Shown: piece by piece, positions 56,884 to 64,000 of the stretch | How the letters are laid out: the number at the start of each line of letters is the position of its first letter | Numbering within the stretch: the stretch's first letter is position 1 | Source of the DNA: Oligoflexia bacterium | Lineage (GTDB): Bacteria; Bdellovibrionota; Bdellovibrionia; JABDDW01 | NCBI GenBank assembly: GCA_023250675.1 | Contig: JAHFAE010000004.1 | Span: forward strand, 120-64,119 | Reading direction: 5' to 3' | DNA: 64,000 nt | The notes under the pieces: generated by a model | Databases searched by the model: none | What the model was told of the DNA's origin: nothing | The model's input: only the letters and a program-made list of their open reading frames with translations | Position numbers and translations under genes: made by a program

Positions 56884-58162
56884 CCTTTTTAACCGCCGCT
56901 TCAACATTAAGAATTCCCCCGGTCAGGATCTTGCTTTTAAGTTTTTGGCTTTGAGTCACGGTCGATAACAAAATGTCTTTAACTTGTCGCCAATTCAATT
57001 TTGGATTGGCTGCGTAGATAAGACCGACGGCACCCGTTACATGGGGAGCCGCCATAGAAGTTCCATCTAAATAATAATACCAATCTCTATGAGCTGACGA
57101 ATACATGGGGTTAAACGTGCTAAATATTCTTTCACCTGGGGCTGCAAGATCAACTGATTTTAAACCGTAACAAGAAAAGTAAGACAGGGTTTGATCAAAA
57201 CCTGATATAGACGCAACAGAAATGACGTTTTCATTTTCATATGAAGCTGGGTAGGCCGGAATCTTGTCGTTATCTGTACCGTCATTACCCGCAGCTGCCA
57301 CGAAGAGCATTCCCCGCTCTTTTGCGTAATCAAGTGCATCCACAAAGGCTTGGCTGTAATCATCTCCACCCCAACTGGCATTTAAAGCTTTGGCTCCATT
57401 TTGGGCAGCATAAATAATTGTACGAATTCCATTTTCACTCGTCCCACTTCCATCACCACCAATGAACTTCACAACCATGATGCTGGTATTCCAATTTACA
57501 CCCACAACTCCAAATCCATTGTGAGCTGCGCCGATGGTGCCTGAGACGTGGGTACCATGATAGTGATCGTCGCGGGGATCGTTATTATCTGTTTCAAAAT
57601 TCCAGCCGATTACGTCGTCAATGTAACCGTTGCCGTCATCGTCTACGCCGTTTGTAGACTTGTCTTTACCATTTGAATCTTTTCCCGTTTCTCCGGGGTT
57701 TTTCCAAATATTTTCTTGAAGATCAGGATGGAGTTTCCAAGCTCCCGTATCTGAAACAGCAATAATGACTGATTTGCTCCCTGTCGTCACAGTCCAGGCA
57801 CCGGCGGCATTTATGACTTTCATACCCCAGAGTTGTCCTGTCTCATCATAAGAGGCCGGGTTGGATCTAGACTTAAAAAGGTGAAGTTTATAATTTGGTT
57901 CAATGTACTCGATCATTCCTTGAGCTGCCTGAGCAAAAAGAGCTGCTTGAGCAGGGGCTAATTCACCAACCACCATACCCAGCTCCGGAATCGTAGATCG
58001 AATTTTAACTCCCAATTGATTTAACGCTCTTAAACTTTGAACCGTGATGGCGCCTTGAGTTCGAACCGAAGACTTCTTTAATTTAATGATGTAGCTGTTA
58101 CTTGCATGACCGTTTACCGAGACAAATACAAATGCAAAAAGTAAAATCAGTTTCATTTTCAT
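56858..58162 (-). CDS. Exported subtilisin-like S8 serine protease with inhibitor I9-like propeptide
   Basis: AVSDTG, HGTHVSG, AAAGN, GTSMAAPHV; start ATG 58162. Confidence 0.95.
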   Translation of the reverse strand: MKMKLILLFAFVFVSVNGHASNSYIIKLKKSSVRTQGAITVQSLRALNQLGVKIRSTIPELGMVVGELAPAQAALFAQAAQGMIEYIEPNYKLHLFKSRSNPASYDETGQLWGMKVINAAGAWTVTTGSKSVIIAVSDTGAWKLHPDLQENIWKNPGETGKDSNGKDKSTNGVDDDGNGYIDDVIGWNFETDNNDPRDDHYHGTHVSGTIGAAHNGFGVVGVNWNTSIMVVKFIGGDGSGTSENGIRTIIYAAQNGAKALNASWGGDDYSQAFVDALDYAKERGMLFVAAAGNDGTDNDKIPAYPASYENENVISVASISGFDQTLSYFSCYGLKSVDLAAPGERIFSTFNPMYSSAHRDWYYYLDGTSMAAPHVTGAVGLIYAANPKLNWRQVKDILLSTVTQSQKLKSKILTGGILNVEAAVKKAIALNQSN

Positions 58163-58396
58163 GCGCCCTCCCTGGCCGAAAACTTGACCGTCCCCACTGG
58201 CAAGCATACATCTATTGAATAAAAGTATAGAGAGTGGGGATTAAAACTGGTCCTTGGGCGGAAGCATCTGGACTTTTTGCGAGGAGCTAAGCGGCCTTCC
58301 TAGAACTAATTCAAAGGTAAGGATTTGTTTGTAAACCATTTAAATTCACCAGAGAAAAAGGGGGCCTATCAGACAGTCCAGAAATTTCAGTCAGAT

Positions 58397-58954
58397 CTAT
58401 CTTACCCACTTCACTTTAGTACAGGCTTCTTTGATGGTCTTAATTTCATGGATATACCTTTGCGCAATGAGGCCGGCGATTTCTCGGGGCTCAACACCAA
58501 TATCGATAAGGGAAACGGTTTTAACGGGTGTTCCGTCATTGGTGATGTTCATAGCGAAATGTATGAGGGCTGAAACTGGCGAGACTGTTGCAATGCTAAT
58601 TGAGAGTTTAGAATCATGACGATAAATATCGTCTCCTTCACGTCTCAATTCGGCTCGAGGCGAATATTTTGTTAGTTCGCCCAAGACAAGAGCGGCAAAA
58701 AGTCTTTGCCTCGTCACCGCTAACTCTAAGGACATGCCAAATTCTTCAATAATAAAATGGAGCATACTCTGACCTTGTATGGAGGATTGGGCAAGTACGT
58801 CTTCTCCATCAACCATATTTTCGAAGGGAATTTGGCAGGCCCCTTTAAACGCGATAATGGAATCACCTAATATTCCATTTCCCAAGTAACCAAAAAGACT
58901 ATGGAGTTGGGATCCATCATAATTAAGGTCATTTTCAAGAAATTTAAACTTCAT
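58397..58954 (-). CDS. DUF366 family protein
   Basis: YDGSQL...Y...G..GDSI..F.G.C....M.D.EDV......MLHFI.E.F...R.GDD......KLS.SIAT......IHFA.N. Confidence 0.85.
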   Translation of the reverse strand: MKFKFLENDLNYDGSQLHSLFGYLGNGILGDSIIAFKGACQIPFENMVDGEDVLAQSSIQGQSMLHFIIEEFGMSLELAVTRQRLFAALVLGELTKYSPRAELRREGDDIYRHDSKLSISIATVSPVSALIHFAMNITNDGTPVKTVSLIDIGVEPREIAGLIAQRYIHEIKTIKEACTKVKWVR

Positions 58955-58988
58955 GAAATCTCCTAGTGAAATAGGCTTGTCACAAATA

Positions 58989-59654
58989 TCAACTTGCCCC
59001 CAAGGCTCTTGAAAATCTTAGACAACTCTCACATTTTCCACATCGTGAAGGTCCATTTTCATAGCAACTCCAAACCTGATCTAAATTCACACCTAACTCT
59101 TGAGCTTTAGTCGCCATTTGTCTCTTATTAAGATTAGATGTGAAACACTTTACTTGCACACCTGCCAAAGTGCTAAGTTTAAAAGCGCCATTAGATGCAT
59201 CGATGAATTTTTGAGAATTATCAGGAAATGTCGCAGCCTCTTCAATATTAAACCCCGGAACAATAAAGTTTGCCCCGTGAGACTCAGCAAAGCTTGCTGC
59301 AATATTTAAGAATACTCCATTTCTATTGGGTACCCAGACTTTAGCCGCACTGGTATTGCCTTCTTCTAAATCATCTAAATCTTTAAGTGTAGGAAGCCTT
59401 TCACTTTTATTTACGAGAGCCGTCTTTGTAATTTCAGAAAGCCAGGTTAATCTGATCACCTTATGTTGCACACCAAGCTCACTGCAAAAAAACTCAGAAG
59501 CTTGAATCTCGCGCTCCGCTGCCCTCTGTCCGTAATCAAAGGTTAGGGCTAATACTATTTCGCCTTGTGATTCGGCCCAATAAAAATTGACGACCGAATC
59601 AAGGCCCCCCGATAAGAGGACGACGTATTTTTCTTTTTTAAAACTTTGATTCAT
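58989..59654 (-). CDS. queC: 7-cyano-7-deazaguanine synthase
   Basis: LLSGGLDS, DYGQR...E, VPNRN, FPD, WSCY....CGKCESC. Confidence 0.95.
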   Translation of the reverse strand: MNQSFKKEKYVVLLSGGLDSVVNFYWAESQGEIVLALTFDYGQRAAEREIQASEFFCSELGVQHKVIRLTWLSEITKTALVNKSERLPTLKDLDDLEEGNTSAAKVWVPNRNGVFLNIAASFAESHGANFIVPGFNIEEAATFPDNSQKFIDASNGAFKLSTLAGVQVKCFTSNLNKRQMATKAQELGVNLDQVWSCYENGPSRCGKCESCLRFSRALGAS

Positions 59655-59665
59655 AAGAAAGAAGT

Positions 59666-60046
59666 CTATTCAAAATAGCTGGCAGAACAGGTTTCGGTTT
59701 CGTAGAGATCGACCCGCCTTAAATTCACTTCGGGAAATTGATTTCTCAGTCTCCCTTTTACCTGCAAAAAAATATGTCGCGAGATAACTTCGGCCGAAGG
59801 ATTATTTTCTACAGAAGAAAAATCAATAAGGTCATTGAGATTCACGTGATCAAGCGGATTAATAACTTCTTTCACTACTTCTTTGAGCTGTGAAAAGTCA
59901 AGAGCAAGGCCGATGCGATTGAGTTGCGAGGATTGTATGATTACATCCACGTTCCAATTATGACCATGAAGCCGACCACATTTTCCGGGATGATCGACGA
60001 TTCGGTGGGCAGCAGAAAAATGGGTTCGGACTTTTAATTCAAACAT
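59666..60046 (-). CDS. queD: 6-carboxytetrahydropterin synthase
   Basis: FSAAH...C.RLHGHNW, LDH..LN, NPSAE, YET. Confidence 0.93.
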   Translation of the reverse strand: MFELKVRTHFSAAHRIVDHPGKCGRLHGHNWNVDVIIQSSQLNRIGLALDFSQLKEVVKEVINPLDHVNLNDLIDFSSVENNPSAEVISRHIFLQVKGRLRNQFPEVNLRRVDLYETETCSASYFE

Positions 60047-60414
60047 TAACTCTTCTTCTTACTGCCTCGAGTTTTTGCCTTGATTGTAATGTCCGTAATT
60101 TTCGAATCTGACTTTTGAGTTTTGCCCAAAGTTTCTCTCAGGTGTTCAACAATTTCGCCCGCATTCTTTGTTACAGCTTTTTCAAGTTGCTCTGATAAGG
60201 TAAGAATGCGACTTCTCAATTTTGCCACCCGTGGCAAATGAGTTAGGTCTTTTGACTTAACAATGGTCACGATCTGTTCTAACTTTTTAAGAACTTCCTT
60301 TCGAGAATCTGTTTTTGCTTTAAGAGCAAACTCAGAGAGCTGGGTTCTTGCCACCATAGCCCGTTCTCTTAAATTCTTTTTGATTTCATCCACATCAAGG
60401 GAAATTTTAGCCAT
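60046..60414 (-). CDS. Basic helical hypothetical protein
   Basis: Start ATG 60414 after AGGAGG; coiled, Lys-rich; coupled to queD. Confidence 0.65.
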   Translation of the reverse strand: MAKISLDVDEIKKNLRERAMVARTQLSEFALKAKTDSRKEVLKKLEQIVTIVKSKDLTHLPRVAKLRSRILTLSEQLEKAVTKNAGEIVEHLRETLGKTQKSDSKITDITIKAKTRGSKKKS

Positions 60415-60464
60415 AAACCACCTCCTGAAAACCGCGGCAACCATAACATATTGGCTTTGGCGGG

Positions 60465-61466
60465 TCAAGCTCGCGCAGGTTTTTTACCAGGTTTAGTACC
60501 GGTTTCCGTGTCGTGACCACGCCATTTATCTAAAAGCAAGATAAACGGGCTTGCCACATAGATCGATGAATATGTCCCGAGAATGATACCGATCAACATG
60601 GCGAAGGCAAACTCTTCAATGACACCTCCAGCAAATAAATAAAGAGAGAGTGTGGCAAGAAAAACCGTAAGACTGGTTAGAATGGTTCTGTTCAACGTAT
60701 CGTTAATACTTTTATTTATCAGGCCACCAAGAGGTTGGCCCTTAAATTTATTAAAATTTTCTCTGATTCTGTCATAAACAACAATCGTGTCATTCAGCGA
60801 ATAGCCAATAATGGTAAGTACGGCAGCCATAATCTGCACATTCACTTCGCGGCCTAAAAATGAAAAGACACCTAAAGTTACGACACTGTCATGAAAAAGA
60901 CAAATGACCGCACCAGGTGCAAACTTGTAGTCAAATCTTAATCCAATATAAATAAGAATACACAGAAGAGAATAAAATACGGCTAAGATTCCGTTTCGTT
61001 TAAGCTGGCTACCGACTTGGGGGCCTACTGTATCGATACGTCGAATTTCTACATCGGGCCATTTGGCACGCAAACTAGTTTGGGCTTTGGCAAGAGTGGT
61101 TTTGAGGTTTTCGTTTGTCTCTTTGTCAGTGGAGCCGGGTTTTGCTTCTAATCGAATTAAATACTCACCTGTTTCTCCCGTACCAAATTGTTGGACCGAA
61201 GCATTTTTGAATCCCTGTTCATTGACAAAAGTTCTAACGTCTTCTGCAGGAGTGATATGAGCAAAACGAACTTGAATCTCAGTTCCACCCGAAAAATCGA
61301 TTCCGTAATTAAGCCCTTTTGTAAAAATAAATATAAGCGACGCAAGAGTAAGGCCACCGCTAATAACAGCCCAAATGCCGATAGCTTTTACAAAATCAAT
61401 ATTGACCACATCCTTTTTTTCTATGGGACGATGGACTTCTGAATGGTGAGCTTTATTAAGTTCCAT
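60465..61466 (-). CDS. secF: Protein translocase subunit SecF
   Basis: GLNYGIDFSGG, VGPQVG.QL, IIGYSLNDTIVVYDRIREN, RTILTS. Confidence 0.96.
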   Translation of the reverse strand: MELNKAHHSEVHRPIEKKDVVNIDFVKAIGIWAVISGGLTLASLIFIFTKGLNYGIDFSGGTEIQVRFAHITPAEDVRTFVNEQGFKNASVQQFGTGETGEYLIRLEAKPGSTDKETNENLKTTLAKAQTSLRAKWPDVEIRRIDTVGPQVGSQLKRNGILAVFYSLLCILIYIGLRFDYKFAPGAVICLFHDSVVTLGVFSFLGREVNVQIMAAVLTIIGYSLNDTIVVYDRIRENFNKFKGQPLGGLINKSINDTLNRTILTSLTVFLATLSLYLFAGGVIEEFAFAMLIGIILGTYSSIYVASPFILLLDKWRGHDTETGTKPGKKPARA

Positions 61467-61475
61467 TTTTCTTCC

Positions 61476-63167
61476 TTACACGCTTAATTTTTTCAAACCG
61501 ATTCTATCGATGAGAAGATCAATCAAAGTTCTAGTTACAAAAACTGCGGTAAACATAGATGTAAAAATACCGGTGACAAGTGTGACCGCAAATCCTCGAA
61601 CCGGCCCTGTTCCATAGTGCATCAAAATGAGACTTGTGATGGCAGAACATATATTGGCATCAAAAATGGCCCAAAAGGCCCGATCATAGCCAAGTTCAAT
61701 TGCGGTGCGATAACTGGCTCCATGTCGTAACTCTTCGCGTATTCGCTCAAAAATAATGACGTTTGCATCAACGGCCATTCCAATTGTTAACGCAATACCG
61801 GCAATGCCTGGAAGAGTGAGTGTGGCATCAAGGGCCGTTAAAACTGAGAGAATTAAAAAGACGTTAATAAGCAGTGCGATGTCAGCCAAGAGCCCTGCAC
61901 CTTTGTAATAAAAAAGCATAAATAAAATAACGAGAATGGCACCAATGGCGCTGGCTTTTTTGCCCTTAGCAATGCTGTCGAGACCCATAGTCGGACCTAC
62001 GGTTCTTTCTTCTAATTGCTCCAGCGCTGCAGGGAGTGCACCGGCACGCAACGCCATGCTTATCCCTTTTGCTTCGTCCATCTGGGCTTGATAATTTCGA
62101 CCTCCGCCCAAGGTGATTTGTGCATTCCCACCTGCAATTTTTGATCTAATATTGGGAGCTGAGTAGACCACATTGTCTAAAACGATAGCCAAATTTCGCC
62201 CCACATTATCACCCGTTAATTGAGCAAATTTTGCTGCTCCCGACGAGTTAAAGGAAAGCGAAACGTAAGGCGAATTGTCCTCGTGATTTATTCCCACGTA
62301 AGCATCTTTTAAACTTTCTCCTGCAATGGGAACATCGGATTTCAAGAGATAGGGTACTTTTCCAGCCTCAAGATTAATGGCACTCTGGTTTTTTTCAAAT
62401 AATATGACAGTACCTTCAGGAATTTTCCCTTTCACTGCTTCATTAAGTTTTTTGATATACTCACTGTACTTCATGCCTCGAAGTTGAAAACCGCCTGATT
62501 TTTCTGCCTCAGAAACAATGGTTGCCACCGAGCCTGCCGCTTGGGTGTTATCAACAAGATGAAATTCTAAACGGGCCGTACGATTAATGAGATCTTTGGC
62601 CTTGGCTGCATCTTGAATCCCAGGCAATTGGATCAAAATACGATTATCACCTTGCGCCGCAATGCTAGGTTCACTAACGCCGAATTCATCGATTCGATTT
62701 CTAATGGTCTCGATGCTTTGTTCAATAGTTCGCTTTTTTAGGTCTGTGAGGTAGGGGTCACTGTATCTAGTTGTAAATTCCTGACCACTCCCTTGAGTTA
62801 AAAGATTGGGGCCGTAGCTCTTCGTGAGAAGATCACGAACGGCCTGCTCTTCTTCAGGTCTTGTCAATTTAACTTGAATTTCAAGGCTATCAGAGGGGGT
62901 TTTCAACCTTGAAGCCATTACATCAATATTTTTCTCTTTGGCAATTGAAACGAGGGTTTCGGCTAGGCGATCCGTACTCTCACGAAGTACTGACGGAACA
63001 TCAACGCCCATTACAAGATAAAGACCTCCTTGAATATCGAGTCCGTATCGAATTTTATCTTTGGTAGGCCACCACGAAATAGTGGCTAAATTGGGAACAA
63101 AAAACATGATAGCGGTAAAAAGGACAAAGGCAATGGTCCCAATTCTCCAAGATATTCCGCTTTTCAT
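61476..63167 (-). CDS. secD: Protein translocase subunit SecD
   Basis: GLDIQGG, RNRIDEFGVSEP, LRAGALP, TLTLPGIAG..LTIGMAVDANVIIFERIREE. Confidence 0.97.
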   Translation of the reverse strand: MKSGISWRIGTIAFVLFTAIMFFVPNLATISWWPTKDKIRYGLDIQGGLYLVMGVDVPSVLRESTDRLAETLVSIAKEKNIDVMASRLKTPSDSLEIQVKLTRPEEEQAVRDLLTKSYGPNLLTQGSGQEFTTRYSDPYLTDLKKRTIEQSIETIRNRIDEFGVSEPSIAAQGDNRILIQLPGIQDAAKAKDLINRTARLEFHLVDNTQAAGSVATIVSEAEKSGGFQLRGMKYSEYIKKLNEAVKGKIPEGTVILFEKNQSAINLEAGKVPYLLKSDVPIAGESLKDAYVGINHEDNSPYVSLSFNSSGAAKFAQLTGDNVGRNLAIVLDNVVYSAPNIRSKIAGGNAQITLGGGRNYQAQMDEAKGISMALRAGALPAALEQLEERTVGPTMGLDSIAKGKKASAIGAILVILFMLFYYKGAGLLADIALLINVFLILSVLTALDATLTLPGIAGIALTIGMAVDANVIIFERIREELRHGASYRTAIELGYDRAFWAIFDANICSAITSLILMHYGTGPVRGFAVTLVTGIFTSMFTAVFVTRTLIDLLIDRIGLKKLSV

Positions 63168-63487
63168 AAAGTTCCCTCTTTGGCAGTTCCAAGAACTTGA
63201 GACTTAAGAACTTTGATTCTCACATTTTCGGCAACTTCTAATGTGATAAATTTTTCTGTGAGTCCCGTGACTTCACCAAAAATTCCGCCATTTGTGATGA
63301 CTTGGTCACCTCGTTTAATGCCGGCCAAAAATTTTTGGTGGTCCCCCAATTTTTTTTGCTGGGGACGAAGAAAAAGGAAGTAGCAAATGAGAAGCATCAT
63401 GGCGATGGGAAAAAGCATTTCCATGATCCCAGGTTTTGCCGCAGCCGTGGCAGCAGCAGTTTGTGCTTGCGCTAGTGACCAAAACAT
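63164..63487 (-). CDS. yajC: Preprotein translocase subunit YajC
   Basis: YFLFLRPQQK...I..GD.VIT.GGI.G. Confidence 0.95.
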   Translation of the reverse strand: MFWSLAQAQTAAATAAAKPGIMEMLFPIAMMLLICYFLFLRPQQKKLGDHQKFLAGIKRGDQVITNGGIFGEVTGLTEKFITLEVAENVRIKVLKSQVLGTAKEGTL

Positions 63488-63598
63488 ATTCGATTTACCT
63501 CCAAGCCTCTGAACCTCACACTAATTTGAAAATTAATCAAGGTTGTCGCGTGGCGTCACCTGCGGAATTTAGTAAAATGGACAAAGTGAGAACTTGGC

Positions 63599-63615
63599 CG
63601 TCGAACCTTTGGACA
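63599..63615. promoter_or_regulatory. Candidate activator site YGTC-N9-GACR
   Basis: CGTCGAACCTTTGGACA, ~59 nt upstream of the sigma-54 GG. Confidence 0.4.
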
Positions 63616-63672
63616 CTCCATGAAAAATTCTCCTCAAAACCCAAAAAAGTACCCTCCCAATTAATCTAAATA

Positions 63673-63688
63673 CGGCACTATGATTGCA
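63673..63688 (+). promoter_or_regulatory. Sigma-54 promoter
   Basis: CGGCACTATGATTGCA, near-consensus. Confidence 0.7.
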
Positions 63689-63701
63689 GTGTTTTTCATC
63701 G

Positions 63702-64000
63702 ATGAACGTGTCGCTTTTTTTGAAATCCCTTTTTCTGATTTTCTTAGTCCATTTGAATACGTATGGCCAAGGAGTGAATTCCAGCGATCCCGCAAATAAT
63801 CCGACGTCAATCAACCCACAAATTTATATGATTTCAGGAGCCTGCACGTCGCAAGGATCGTGGACTCAGGCGGCGCTCTCTCAAACTTCGAAAATAAAAG
63901 ACGTCTTTTCCAGTTTAAAAGACAACCCCGCATGCCAAGGCGTACGTGAATCGGTGAATGCGTCGCTAACTCAAATTCAGGAGACTTTAAATAAAGTCGG
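63702..64000 (+). CDS. Exported hypothetical protein, runs off the right edge
   Basis: Not in ORF track; open from ATG 63702: MNVSLFLKSLFLIFLVHLNTYG...GACTSQGSWTQAALSQT...LKDNPACQG. Confidence 0.7.
   Translation, partial: MNVSLFLKSLFLIFLVHLNTYGQGVNSSDPANNPTSINPQIYMISGACTSQGSWTQAALSQTSKIKDVFSSLKDNPACQGVRESVNASLTQIQETLNKV

Noticed and set aside
1864-63814. Numerous 60-125-aa ORFs overlapping longer genes on the opposite strand or frame (e.g. 3337-3711, 13226-13567, 24531-24884, 44268-44852, 55076-55399, 56387-56731)
   Set aside because: They shadow well-supported genes and show no motifs or RBS; treated as antisense or frame artefacts
1-64000. CRISPR array, tRNA or rRNA genes
   Set aside because: No regularly spaced repeat-spacer series, cloverleaf (including after secG) or rRNA-like stretch seen by eye; a tRNAscan/Infernal run would be decisive

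Overview
Bacterial chromosomal window. The repertoire (many signal-peptide hypothetical proteins, AgmX/PglI-type TonB-C protein, Gld-type ABC/DUF4340 operon, DUF222-like HNH gene, many sigma-54-type promoters) points to a Bdellovibrionota/Oligoflexia-like organism; this is inference, no rRNA is present. Housekeeping blocks: gap-pgk-tpiA-secG, gldA/F/G-like ABC + DUF4340, NFACT/RqcH, and yajC-secD-secF-(hyp)-queD-queC-DUF366. Accessory regions: (1) a 7-gene divergon at 6.3-14.4 kb with back-to-back sigma-54 promoters, encoding only exported proteins (two c-type cytochromes, two beta-barrels, a 7-blade propeller lipoprotein, a lipoprotein, a Tat-exported DUF1501-like protein); (2) a ~1100-aa signal-peptide protein that appears to fuse a CCA/poly(A)-polymerase-like nucleotidyltransferase, an ADP-ribosyltransferase-like domain and a helical repeat, the best novel effector candidate; (3) a DUF3570-DUF4266-cytochrome c unit without ApbE; (4) two carbohydrate-active lipoproteins; (5) a signal-peptide GHKL/HATPase-like protein; (6) a copper island with a CsoR-type operator; (7) an HNH element. 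Three genes carry deletion or truncation scars (beta-barrel, ASCH, GHMP kinase), either real decay or assembly artefacts. Several REP/MITE-like palindromes are present. No CRISPR array, tRNA or rRNA was recognised. All family assignments come from motif recognition by eye, not database searches.
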